From: Bacteroidaceae bacterium
GTDB taxonomy: Bacteria; Bacteroidota; Bacteroidia; Bacteroidales; Paludibacteraceae
Assembly (NCBI GenBank): GCA_963615895.1
Contig: CAVEIE010000009.1
Coordinates: 1,455 to 65,454 of the forward strand
Direction of reading: 5' to 3'
DNA: 64,000 bases
The notes below the pieces were generated by a model. It ran no database searches, was not told the origin of the DNA, and was given only the letters and a program-made list of their open reading frames with translations. Shown piece by piece: positions 46,668 through 58,900 of this stretch. Both the position numbers and the translations under genes were made by a program. The first letter of the stretch is position 1, and the number at the start of each line of letters is the position of its first letter.

Positions 46668-47313
46668 AATGAATATGCGCTACACCGCAGAGCAACTCAA
46701 AAGCCGATTAGAAAAAGAGTTGCCGATTATGCGCCAAAATTACAAGTCGCTTCAAAGGACGGAGGATTTTAGTATTGTGCCGATGGCTGTGCATAACATT
46801 TCTCTATGTGTTAGTGAGCGTGTGTATTTATTCATAAAACCGACCATTCGGTTGTACGAAGCCATGTTGCCAAAACGCGGTTTCTTAGGGACGTTCTCCA
46901 AAAGACTATCAGACAATGAAAAGGAAATAAAAAAGCGCATTGCTTTTCTGAACGATATATTGCGTCAAGAGTTGGCTCTGTATAACGAGCAATTAGAAGA
47001 AGCGCAAGAGGACATTAAGCGAGAGAAAAAAGAGCAAAAGAAGGCAACCAAAGAAGGTAAAACTGCCGTCCAACAAGTGCCGCCTCTATTGGATAGAGTT
47101 GCTAATTTTAGACATATCGAGGTGGATATGTATGAGTTCCTGTACCCGTATATGGTATTGGTAAGCCGTGGAGAGATAGAACCAAACGAGCAGCAGATAG
47201 AGGAAATGCAAAAAATGCACGATATTGCTTTGGCAATTCTTCGGGAGTTTATTCCAAAGCGTGAGCAGGCATTGGAGACTTGCAACACTATTCTACAATC
47301 GGATGTCGAATGA
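46648..47313 (+). CDS. Coiled-coil protein (221 aa; small-terminase candidate)
   Basis: It lies immediately upstream of TerL and overlaps it. It has a charged coiled-coil centre. The start is uncertain (46648, 46669 or 46675). Confidence 0.4.
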   Translation: MESPKNEMNMRYTAEQLKSRLEKELPIMRQNYKSLQRTEDFSIVPMAVHNISLCVSERVYLFIKPTIRLYEAMLPKRGFLGTFSKRLSDNEKEIKKRIAFLNDILRQELALYNEQLEEAQEDIKREKKEQKKATKEGKTAVQQVPPLLDRVANFRHIEVDMYEFLYPYMVLVSRGEIEPNEQQIEEMQKMHDIALAILREFIPKREQALETCNTILQSDVE

Positions 47314-49342
47314 TAGCAATGAAATAATAGCAGAGAACAGGCGTAGATTAGCCGCACACGCTTTTTATGACCCGCTTATAGGCACACAGTATTGTGACGC
47401 AATACATCGTGTGCCTATTCATATCGAGGACGCTCCTATCATGGATATGAATATACCCTCCGAAATGGATAGTGAGGCGTTTGTCCAATTACTACGCAGA
47501 GAGGGCACATTGGGTAAGGCTTGTCGGAAAATGTACGGCGAGACATCCACCGCAAAGCATATCGCATTGTGGCGATACTTCCATAAATTACGGTGCAAAT
47601 ACGACTTCGAGTATTGGTGTTGTACTCAGATAAAGATAAAACTCAAAGGAAAAGGAAAGCGGGACTATCTTATACTTAATCGTGCGCAGCGTTATTATTT
47701 GTCCGTCTTAGAACGGTTACGCAAACAGAATGCACCTATCTATATTATTCTGCTGAAAGCACGACAGTGGGGCGGTTCTACCCTTACGCAGTTCTATATG
47801 ATGTGGATACAGAAAATGCACCGCAAGCATTGGAACTCAGTCATTATTGGCGATGTGGAAAAACAATCGAAAGTTGTACTTGCAATGTATGAGCAAGCCT
47901 GCGAGGACTACGATACTTTTATCGATGAGGGTGTGCCGACTATTCTCAAACCATACGGGCGTACGAATGATGTGCGGCAGTTGGAAGACAGGGGGTGTAC
48001 TATTTCTATTGGCTCTATGCAGAAACCGAACAAAATACGCTCGGAAGATATATCTATGGCACACCTGACAGAGGTCGGTATATGGAAAGAAACAGACGGT
48101 AAGTCTCCGGAGGATGTCATACAATCAATAGAGGGGTCTATCTTGCCCGGGGCATACACAATGCTCGTGGAAGAGTCAACTGCTAAGGGAGTGGGGAACT
48201 ATTTCCATAATACATATACCGCTGCTAAGGCTGGTGAGAATAATTTCACACCTGTGTTTATTCCGTGGTTTATGATTGATATATACTCCAAAAAGATTTC
48301 TGTTTTCAATAACGAGACAACCGAACAGGAGTACAAAGACTTTATCGCAACCATGACAGAATACGAGCAGGCTCTTTGGGATATGGGTGCGACATTAGAG
48401 GCAATAAATTGGTATCGGACAAAGTCGCGCGGCATAGACGAGTGGCGTATGAAGTCCGAGTTCCCAAGTACGGATTTAGAGGCGTTCCAATCAACGGGAC
48501 ACGGGTTCTTTAAGGACAAGTATCTTGATGAGTGCTATCAGTCTTGTCAGCAACCAAAGATTGTCGGGGAGATTGTATCGCCCGCTAATAACCTTAACAA
48601 AGCACAATACTTGCAGAACTTACGCATAGAACCAAACAATAGAGGACACCTTAAGGTTTGGGCGGATGTAGATAGGTCTGTCGATATGCGCGACCGCTAT
48701 GTGGTATGTGTTGACTTGGGTAAAGGTGCAACTGACGCAGCAGATAGTAGTATCGCCTGTGTGTTTGACCGATATTGGCAACAGGCAGGAGAGGACGGCT
48801 ACCCCGAAGTTGTGGCGGAGTGGGCTGGCAAAGAGAGTGAGACGGACTTGTTGGCATGGCGTATAGCACAGATAGCGGCATACTACAACAACGCCCTGCT
48901 CGTGATAGAGAGTAACACGATAGACAGCAGCAAAGAGAGCCGTTTCCGTGCAGTGTTGGACGAGATAAAAGACTACTACTCGAACATCTACAAGCGCAGT
49001 ATCGGTAACAAAAACGATGTGGGTACAACGGGCGGTTTTCGCTACGGGTGGAATACAAACCACCAATCGAAAGAAGAGATATGCGCTGACTTAGGCTGGG
49101 CGTTGCGTGAGGGGATGTATGTGGAGCGTTGCCGTGAGGCGGTGGACGAGATGAAGATATTCGAGCGCAAAGCCGACGGCTCGCTCGGCAATGTGGAGGG
49201 GAAACACAACCACGACGACCGAGTGATTACACGGGCGTTGGGCATTCATTTCTGCTACAAGAAAATGCCGAAACCGCATATCGTGGAGCGGGACGGCAAA
49301 CACAGCGTGGTGCGCAAAGTGGTAAACGATATGACATTATGA
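47303..49342 (+). CDS. terL: Terminase large subunit
   Basis: Start chosen at MSNDSNEII. It has the ATPase motif LKARQWGGSTL, the nuclease-half motifs VVCVDLGKG, LLVIESN and HDDRVITRALG, and is about 680 aa. Confidence 0.8.
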   Translation: MSNDSNEIIAENRRRLAAHAFYDPLIGTQYCDAIHRVPIHIEDAPIMDMNIPSEMDSEAFVQLLRREGTLGKACRKMYGETSTAKHIALWRYFHKLRCKYDFEYWCCTQIKIKLKGKGKRDYLILNRAQRYYLSVLERLRKQNAPIYIILLKARQWGGSTLTQFYMMWIQKMHRKHWNSVIIGDVEKQSKVVLAMYEQACEDYDTFIDEGVPTILKPYGRTNDVRQLEDRGCTISIGSMQKPNKIRSEDISMAHLTEVGIWKETDGKSPEDVIQSIEGSILPGAYTMLVEESTAKGVGNYFHNTYTAAKAGENNFTPVFIPWFMIDIYSKKISVFNNETTEQEYKDFIATMTEYEQALWDMGATLEAINWYRTKSRGIDEWRMKSEFPSTDLEAFQSTGHGFFKDKYLDECYQSCQQPKIVGEIVSPANNLNKAQYLQNLRIEPNNRGHLKVWADVDRSVDMRDRYVVCVDLGKGATDAADSSIACVFDRYWQQAGEDGYPEVVAEWAGKESETDLLAWRIAQIAAYYNNALLVIESNTIDSSKESRFRAVLDEIKDYYSNIYKRSIGNKNDVGTTGGFRYGWNTNHQSKEEICADLGWALREGMYVERCREAVDEMKIFERKADGSLGNVEGKHNHDDRVITRALGIHFCYKKMPKPHIVERDGKHSVVRKVVNDMTL

Positions 49343-49343
49343 T

Positions 49344-49757
49344 ATGAAAAAAGCAAATTGGAAACGGGCATACAGGCAGGCGGTAGAGGTGTTTGACCGC
49401 ACGAGAGACTACGAAAACAACCTCTGTGTCGCAAGGGCAAGCGACTACCAACTGCGGTGGATTGTCCGCTATCATGTACTATTGCACGCCGGAGATTATT
49501 CGTGGATAGACAAGTTCGGCAGACCACACTCACGCAAGGCGTTGATAGCCCTTTGCAATGAGGCGTTGGCAGACATAGAAAAGGCATGGAAAGGGCTATG
49601 CGTATATGACAGCAACAGACAATACTTTGCACAGCGGGCGTTCCTGAAACGGTTGCGGTTCTCGGCGGAACATTTCCCGCTGCTTTTCCATATCAAGTTT
49701 CTTCCTCTTCTGCGATGGACTCGGAAGCCTGTTGTTGTTCGGAAGTCTCTCGGATAG
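49344..49757 (+). CDS. Hypothetical protein (137 aa)
   Basis: It follows terL by 1 nt. Its 3' end overlaps the convergent 99-aa ORF by 65 nt. Confidence 0.4.
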   Translation: MKKANWKRAYRQAVEVFDRTRDYENNLCVARASDYQLRWIVRYHVLLHAGDYSWIDKFGRPHSRKALIALCNEALADIEKAWKGLCVYDSNRQYFAQRAFLKRLRFSAEHFPLLFHIKFLPLLRWTRKPVVVRKSLG

Positions 49758-49992
49758 CCATACGCACTTTCAATGCCCGCTGCGACAGGAGTTCGAGCGT
49801 GACATCGGATGTGGACTGCGTGTCGTCGTTGAGTACCAACGGCGACACTTGCGTTATGATACGGGCAAGTGTCGCCGGGTCGGCGTTCTTAATCTGGCGG
49901 CGCAGGTTGATAATGGCGTCGCCACAGAGTTTGCGCAACTCCTCGCGCTGTGCTGCAGGTGAGTATCTCTCTTCGTTGGTGGGGCGTGCCAT
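49693..49992 (-). CDS. Hypothetical protein (99 aa) directly downstream of the giant ORF
   Basis: Its ATG lies immediately after the giant ORF stop codon (49994-49996), with no intervening base. The C-terminus is acidic. Confidence 0.45.
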   Translation of the reverse strand: MARPTNEERYSPAAQREELRKLCGDAIINLRRQIKNADPATLARIITQVSPLVLNDDTQSTSDVTLELLSQRALKVRMAIRETSEQQQASESIAEEEET

Positions 49993-49993
49993 A

Positions 49994-52900
49994 TCAGTTT
50001 CTCAACTCCTTTCTTTCGTTGTATAGTTTCTTAAAGCGTTTTTCAGCGTTCTTCTCTACTTTCCCAGCGTTCTCATCGCCTCGCAAGAACCATGTCAGCG
50101 GAGCGGTGTGGATTGCCATATAACGCTTGTAATCCTCAACAGCGTGGCGATAGTCTTTCCGGTTGTTTATTACTTCGTCTATCAACATCTGCTCATATTG
50201 CGACTGTGGAATACTGAGCAACGCTTGCGATACTCGCATAAACTGAACGGATGTATCAAGGTCTTGCTCGCTATCAATGGTTGTAGCAACACGGGTGATG
50301 ATGTCTGCTGCAGTCATAGGGTCAAACCCTGCGCCAGACTGCATAAGAACAGATAGTGCTTGTGAGGCAAATTCTGCATACTTGTCGTTCTGTAAGTATT
50401 GCTCTGCTTTCTTTGCGTCTTGCGTGAAAGGTAATTCGGGAGCAAACATATCTACTACATTTGCGTGTCCGTCCAAAGCACTCTCTACAATACCTCCACC
50501 TATTAAGCCATCGAAAGGACTGAAAAGCATGCCGCCTGTTACTGCGTCTTTGGCAAGTTCTTTCTTCTTCTCATTGTCTTTGCCGAATAGGTAGTAGGGT
50601 GCATTACCTACCAATCGCCACAGCAAGTTCAACAGCGCTCCATATACGACAATTCCAATAGTAGCCGAGATGTTTGCCTTACGCCAATCTGTTTCTGCTG
50701 CTTTGCGTGCCTGCTCTTCTGTAAGCCCATCTGCAATATATTGTTTGGCACGAGAGGCTGTCATTTCGTCTTTCTTGCCTCGATTATTCAACAATGTGCG
50801 GACTGCATAGAAGAAGTTGCGGGTATATTGGAAGTTCGATGTACGGAATACAGTTAGGGCAGCCGTAAATAAATTACGGTCTACTTGTACCGGAGCCATA
50901 AATGCACCTTCGGACGACTGCTGAGAGGTGTTGAACGAAACCTCAGCATCCTGTCTTGCCCGATTTGCTGCTTCTTCCTCAGTATATCCTTTGTTGATAT
51001 AATCTGCGTATTTGCTATCATATACTGCTCTTGCTCCAGTAGCACAAGTGAGCACATCAAAGAATACATTGGCAGCCATTCCGTATTTACTACTCAATTC
51101 AAGCAACCGCTTGTTCCATTGCCAATCTGTTGTGCGCTGCATGAGACGCATATCGCCCATATCTCGTTTCCTTATACGCTTGTCGAAATTAGGTAATGTC
51201 GTTCTTGCCCACTGCATTGTTTCATGTGGTTTTATCCAATTGCGCAAGTACGATTTTACAAATACGCCATCCGTCATATAAGTAAAGAATGCGGGAAAAG
51301 AGGCTAACTGTTTGAGTGCAGTGAATGTACGGAAATTGATTTTTGCAGAGGTAACACCCTTGGCCATATTCAGCGTAAATTCAGAAAATGGGTCGGTCTT
51401 GGATTGATAAGTCCCGAGTGCCACCTTGAAAGCGTCTTTCATGTGGTTGTAGAGTTGGTCACCCTTACCGTATATCGTGCCGTTCATACCCTTTATGCGA
51501 TTGCGGAAATCAATGTCCGAGAATAGGATATTTGCGTCTCGTGTTAGTTGCGCAAAGGCAGACCAACGCTCCATTTGAGCAATATGGCGAACGACCTCGG
51601 TAAAGAAGTCGGCATTGCGTACATCCAACGGCAGAGAATTACGAGTACGGCGTTTGATTGCTCCTGTGCTTGTGCCTCTCAGTAGGCGAGAAGCGTCGGT
51701 ATCAGGGCTGCCTAAGTCTTCGTTCTTTTGGCGTGCATTAGGATTAATACGCAATGGGAAGTAATTCTCGATAGCGTCCATTGGTGCTCCAAATAAATCC
51801 TCGTGTATTGGGTTGAAACGATTGCGCAACTGTGAGAAATATTCGGTTTGTATCCAATCGACGACATCAAGTATCTCCTGTCCGAATGCCTTACGGACTT
51901 CTTGGGTGAGTTTTTCGACATCCTCCTCTGTGATGTTCATCGCACTCAGTTTCATTCGCCCGTCTTCCATCTTATTGACGGCATAGATATAGAGAGCATT
52001 GCCCGCATTGAGCGGTATTTCTTCCTCAACAGGATTACCCGCACCATCTACGCCATTCAAAACTTTAATGGAGAACTTATTGTGACTTTTGTCGTTTATC
52101 TTACGCGCTGCTTCTTCCCATGTTTTGTATTTGCCGTGTGTAAGTTCAGACATCTTGTTGTCCAATGTACGGCTTGCTTCGGTAAGCCCTGCTTGCTCTC
52201 GGTCTGCTCCGTCTATCCAGTTACGCATGAAATGGTTGTATAGATACCCCTCTCCATCGGGCGTGTTCCTACCACATAGCCGCAACATTGATTGTAAATC
52301 ACGCATAGGTGACGCAAATGCGTCCCAAATAGAACGGGCTATATCCCGTTTTGTACGGGAACGATGGGGGTTCGTTGCTATACCTTCAAGGTCTTTTGCC
52401 GCATAGTCGCGTATTTTTTCACGATTGGCGTTTTGCTTTGCAATAAACCCTTTTGCCTCCACTGCTTGACCATCTACATATTCTTGTAGGTCTTTTAGTG
52501 ATTGCGCATACGCTTCGGACTGTCCCAAATAATTATCACGCATTGCCTCCTTAATAGAACCGACTAATTGACGGCGTGCTGCTGGTTTGAGAGACATATT
52601 ATTGCGTGCTGCGTCTAACTCGTTTTGTAATTGAATGCGTTCTTGCTTGAGCGGGGCTATGCGTTCGATGTGTTGCTGGGCTATGGTGTAACCAATCCAA
52701 CGACCCTTGAACTGCGTTCTCAGACTTTCGTCAGTAGCACTCATCTCGTTAGACATGGCTTCCCCTATCATATTCTCTAACTGCTCGGTAGTAAGGTTGT
52801 TGTCTAATGCCTCATTAAGTGCCTTGAGTGCGTGTTGCCCCTGCAATGCGACTTTGCCTTGTGCAACAACTCCACTAATGTTAAGTTTTTCGATAGGTGT

Positions 52901-55900
52901 ATTCCGCAACTTGTCCCATTGGCGTTGTGCGGCTTTGACTTGAGCATCTACGATATAGTCAAATATGGTGTTCACCTCTTTGCTTATATCTTCCTTTCCA
53001 ATAGCATAAACTATTTGCGAGGCTACACGGTGCGATGTGTCAGGCATATATCCTGCCCATACGCTATTTGCCTGCATAAGAGTACTATACAGATTGAGTA
53101 ACGAACTAACCACATTGCGGTCGTATTCCGACTGTAATCGCATGGCTTTTTGTATCCCCCTAATATCGCTTCCTACTTTCTTTATAGCACTCTGCATTGT
53201 GTTATAGTCATTCTGCGCATTCTGCACCAATGTTTTCGTTGCTATCTCGCTTTGGGTCATGTGCGGTGTTGCACCAGTTGCGGAAGAAGATATGGAGAAC
53301 TCGGTTTCGTTCTCGTTCTTGGCGGGGTGTCCGAGGTCGGTGGCGTTGATAAGGTCGTAGAGGACACGGTCGGCTGCCTCCTGACGGCTGCCGAAACGGC
53401 GTATATGGAACAGGTTCTCGCCTATCCAGTTCCACAGTTGACGGAGGAGGTTGCGCATACGCTCACGCAAAGAGATAGCACGGGCGAGCGGCTGTTTGCC
53501 CTGCTTCTTGGCTTCGTCGATGTGCTTCTGTGCCTCTTGCTCCATACGCTCTGCGCCCTGCTTGCCGCTGAAACGGGAGATAATCTCGCTCAGTTTGGCG
53601 TGGTCGGAGAGGTGGCTGTAGTTGGGGTCGCGGTCAAGTTCCGCCCACATATCGGGCAGGTTCTCGCGGCTGAACAGGTCTTGCAGGTTGGCATAGAGTT
53701 CGGGGTTGCGCCGGCGCACGGCAGCGACCCACAAGTGGGTGTACTCGTGGATAGGCGTGTTGGGGTTCAAACCCTGCTCGGTGAGGTAGATGTTGCCGTT
53801 TTGAGCGTAGCCGTAGATTGTGCCGGAGGGGGTAAGGAGGAACTCGCGTTGCTGCGGTTCTCGTCCTGCTTTCCGCACCAAGTCATCAACTTCCTCATTG
53901 GTTAGCACCCGGTTCACTTTCATTGCACCGGTTATAATCCATGGGTCGGTTTCGGGATTAGGGTTGGTGCGGTAGCGATAGAAGCCATCAACAGGCAGGT
54001 GTTTCAGTCCTGCATAGGAGTGGCGGTACTTGCCGTTGTCGGTGTACCCCTCTTGTTCTGCTTCTTGCTGGTAGTTGTTATCGGCTGCATACTCCACCTC
54101 TGCCCATACAAAGTCTTTCGGGAATAGTGTGCGATTGCCGTCTGCGTCCTTTCTATTGAATTGCAGGGCATAGGGTATCTCTCCAAGGTGCCAGCCGGGG
54201 CGGTATGCGAGTTGCCCACTGCCTCCTTGCGTTCCTTTGCCTCCTGCTTTTACTTGTGGTCGTCCTGTTTTGCTTTCTCCTGCTATTGGAGCAGCGTCCG
54301 CATTGAGCCACACACCCACTGGGGTGTCTGCCCCGTTAGGATTGGCGACCATTGGCGGGTATAGTTTGCCGTCTTTTCCACGATAGAATACTTTGTAACC
54401 TATGCCTGTTTTTTGAGGAGCAGGGGTTTGGCGGACGGAGAACTGAGGTGTATCTACATTTTTTCCGACAAAAGATTTGGCAGTATCAAAATCATGTACT
54501 ACCTTTGCAGCAGAAATAGCACCTTTGTTATTATCCGTGGGGGCAATGGGAGCCTCAGTGCGAATGTAACGGAGGGCTTTTTCTTTATCTACCGACAACA
54601 GTTTCCCCTTATTAATCCAACCGATAATGCCGTCTTTGTTCTTGTCGTATATAGAACTTACAAGAACAAAGTCGTCTATTTTGGCATTCTTTATATCTAC
54701 GGAAACAATAGCCTCTTTATCATGGATTGTCATCTCTACAAGAACGGCAAATGTATTGTCGTGCGAGCCTTTGAATACGGCTATAGGGTTTTGTAGGTAC
54801 TCGGGCAGGTTGCGTATATCGGTTATGTCAAACCCATGCTCTGTTGCTTTCTTTCGTAATGTTTCGCCATTCAACACTATCCGTTGGTTAGGCATACCTG
54901 CCAATAGCAGCCCCTCGGAGGGCATACCGCAGTTGAACTTGATACGGTCGGCGTTCTCGTCGGTGTATCGGTTGAGCGTGTCGTTGAACTGCTCTGTGAC
55001 TGCCATTAGTTCTACATGGCTCTGTTTTGCGAGAACTCTCTGTGCTTCCTCTTGGCTGACAACCTCAACAGGTATGCCTGCGTCTTTCAGTGCGTCTAAC
55101 ACCGTATCGGTGGCAAGTTGCTGGGCAGCGGTGATGTGGTCGGGGGTGTAGTCCAAGTCGGCGTATTGTGCCTCCGCTGTGTCGTCTTCTGTGTCGTCTT
55201 CACCGTCTAACTTGTCGAGGTCAACGGCTTTGTGCGATTGAGTAGCGTACTTCGCCTCTTTTTCCGCCATCTCTTTTTTCATCTTCTCGGTGTACTCATC
55301 GACTAATGCTTGTGCCTTTTCCAACTCGGCTTGGTGCTCGAAAGGTTTACCCTCACGCGCACGCATTAGGGTGTTGTCCTTTTGCAGACGCTCGATATAG
55401 TCTTTGGAATAGGCTATATCATCTTTCGCCTGTTTGCCCGAAAGGACATCGTTCTCAATGGTCTCGATAAGACGGTCGAGGACTTTGGTTTGTGACGGAA
55501 CAGGTTTATCACCCAATGCAGTCGCACTATACGACAATTCTTTCTCAATAGAGATAACGGTTTTGCCGTCTTTGTAGTTTACCTTGCGGGCAAGTTGTAC
55601 ATAGAAATGGAACGGAATACCATTGAACGATACCGAATAGGCTAAGGACTTCTTGTCTCCCCACCGGTCTTCACGGAGTCTGTCGCTCTCGGCGGCTATT
55701 TCCTTGTTGAGTCCTTTGAGTGCACTCTTGACTTCTTCGGCTGTATGGCAGACCGTGCCGTTGATATTGTACTCACTGACCTTGCCGTTGGGGAAAGTCT
55801 TTTCAAGTAGGTCTATCAGTTTCTCGTTGTCGGCAATCTTTTTGGTACGATAGGCGATAATGAGGTCGTTTTTCTTGGTCTTGTCGGCAATGAGTGTCTG

Positions 55901-58900
55901 GTCGATACGGTGCTGCTGCTCGCGTGCTTTCCACTTGCGCAGGTCACGCTCGGCTTGTGTTTTCAGCAACGCATACTGCGAACCGGAAAGCATTGCCACA
56001 GGATTATCAAATATGCCCTCGTCGACATCCTCCAAGACGCGGTTTTCGAGGTTGTTGTCTATCATAGATTTGCCGTTCATGATACTGTCGATGAAGCCAG
56101 CCTTGGTTTTCAGTCGTTGATACGATGTAACATCGAGAGAGTCTTCGACACCAAAGCGCAATACACGGACAGGAATACCCCATGCTTTGTGCATATTGCC
56201 CTGTCGCAAGATACGCCCGTTACGCTGTGTATAGTCCATCGGGCGGTCGGGGGCGTCCATGTGGATAAGTGTGTGCAGACGGGTCTGTATATTCACGCCC
56301 GTACCCAAAGTCTGCGTACTGCCCATGATAACACGAATATCGCCCTCACGCACAGCGTCAAAGATTTTCTGCTTGGCGGTGTCGGACATCTCGCTGCGGA
56401 TAATGGCAATCTGGTTGGCAGGTACGCCCTGCAAAAATAATTTGTCTTTTATGTCGTTGAATAGGTTGAACCCGCTCTGCTTGTTCTGGTAACTATCACA
56501 GAATATCGCCACCGTACCATTGTATTTTTTGCTTTCATTGAGTGAGCGCAGTACCTCTGTAACGGCTCGGTTGGTTTTCGACAACGGCTCGTCTTTGGCA
56601 TTCTCGTCCACAAGGCGCGGGTCGATGGCGGCACGCTTGGCGATACCATACATCGTAAGGGGGATATAGGAGTACTCCCGTTTCTCTTTGGGTGTCATAT
56701 TCTCGTATTCCTCCAACTGGTCGCGTACGGCTGCCATAATGTCCATTAGCGATGGCGACTGCGCCAAGAATATATCTTGCGCTTTGCCTCCCTCTAACTC
56801 CGGCACTTTGTCGTTGACCTGCCCTACTTCGCGTGTAAGGGTACAGTCGGCAACAGACAGCCACAGACGCATTAACTCCGGCACATTATTGTACTGCGCA
56901 AAACGGTTGTTTGCTTTGAACTTACCGTTGGTGGCAAACTCCAACTGCTCGTTGATTTTACCAAAGTCATGCACAAAGTCGTCGAAATAGTAGATGTCAT
57001 TCTCTTTGAGCATGGACTTTGGCATGAGGTATTTCATAAAAGTCCATATCTCGGCAGCGGTGTTGCTGATAGGTGTACCTGTGGCGAAGATAACATTCTT
57101 ATGCCCGCTGCGCTCGAATACCGACTGGCACTTGAGATAGAGAGCAGCAGCACGCTTGGAGTAACTCGGGTCAACTCCCTTTACACCACGCTGCATCATG
57201 GTAGCAAAGCCAAGATGTTTGTAGTTGTGCGCCTCGTCAATAAGGAGTGCGTCGATACCCATCTCGTCGAAGTCTGCTACTTTGTCAGTCTTGCGGTCGA
57301 GCATTTCTTGGGCGCGGGCTTTGGCGTTTGCACGCTTTTCCGCCTCCTTCTTTGCGTCTTTGTCTTTGTTCTTGCTCTTTTTGCCGCTCATATTGTTGGT
57401 TTCGAGGTCACCACGAAGCGATATGAGTTCTTTCTCCATGCTATTGGTTACCTTTGCGCTCACCCCTGCTTCTTTGGCAGCCTCGATGGCGTGCATTTTC
57501 TCCTCTATCTTTTCGTTGATAAAGTCCTGCATGCGCGACTCGCTGTCAGGTATCATATCGAAGACAGACTGCGGAACAATAATCAAGTCCCAATCGTTGT
57601 ATTTGATTTTGGCATAGAACTCCTGTCGTCCCTCTGCGGTGCGGTCTCGGTCGCTGACGGTCAGTATCTGTGCGTTCGGGTACAAGTCCTTAGCGTCCGC
57701 CACGAACTGCTGTGTGGTGGCGTTCTGAACGACAATCATCGGTTTCTTGGCTGTACCCAAACGGCGCATTTCCATAGCCGTGGAGATGAGCGAGATAGTC
57801 TTGCCCGTACCCACCTCGTGTGCAAGCATAAGCGGTTGAGTCAATCCTCGTGCTACGGCTTGTTGCTGGTGCGGATAGAGGTCGTACTTGGCACTGTTCT
57901 GCCCTGGCAGATGTTTTGATAGGAATATATCATCGACCTTAAGCATAGGCACAACGGCATTAAAACGGTCGTTGTATATCTTTTGCACACGCTCGGCAAG
58001 TTCGTTGTCCTGCTGCATTTTCCCACGTGCCCAATCGACAAAGTCGTCTTTTATCTGACTAATCTTGTCGGAACAAGCGGCAGAGGCTTCTTTGTCGGTA
58101 ATGGTTTCTTTGGTTTCTTTTGTACCATCGTAGTGTTTTTCTACCTTGCTGACGACCACAGGCACATTATTCATTGCCGCAACCATCAATTCATGCCCAT
58201 AGACCTGTTTGCCGACCAATTCGGAATAGACGCCCTCGGAACGGTCTTTCTCGTTTGTTCCCCATACATCGTTGGCTATCCACGAACTGGCGACATGGTT
58301 GAGTTTGAAGTCGTTGATGTCGTATTTCTCTTTCGCATATTGCTTGTACAATTCAACGGGTATCCATGTAGAGCCTATGTTGAACTCAATCAAGTGCGCA
58401 GGTATATCAACGGGGACTACCTTGCGCAACTCCTCGATGTTAGCGTCCAACGAGCCGTCTGTGTTATGCGCCTCTGCATACGCCAGTTTCTCCCGTACAT
58501 TGCCAGATAGATACTGGTGGCGTACCTCGATGTCGCCTGTCTGCGGGTTGCGGAAACCCAAACGGGTATCGAGTATTTCTTTCTCTACCTCGTCGGTCGA
58601 TTTGCCTAACCACTCCGCAATCTTGTCGGGTTGAATAGTCCCGAACTGCTGCATAGAGAGAATAACACCGTCTTTGGCGTTTTCTGCTTTTGGCACGGCT
58701 TGCACACCGAGCACCCGTTTGGTAAACAGGTCGGTTTTGCTGACCTCTACCTTTTTCTTGCCATTGACATCGACGGTCTCTTTTACCTTTTCGATAGCGG
58801 CAATGCTTGCCCACTGCACATCATTGCGCAAGAATGCCAGAGAGGTGTTTCGGTTAAGATTACCGTACTTGCGGACAAAGTCGTCATATACGCTGTTTAG

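Noticed and set aside
53150-58510. Plus-strand ORFs of 170-316 aa (53150-53905, 55910-56440, 56969-57919, 57983-58510) antisense to the giant gene.
   Set aside because: Their composition is Leu/Val/Cys/His-rich, typical of antisense reading of a long purine-biased gene. The sense frame carries helicase and peptidase motifs at these positions.
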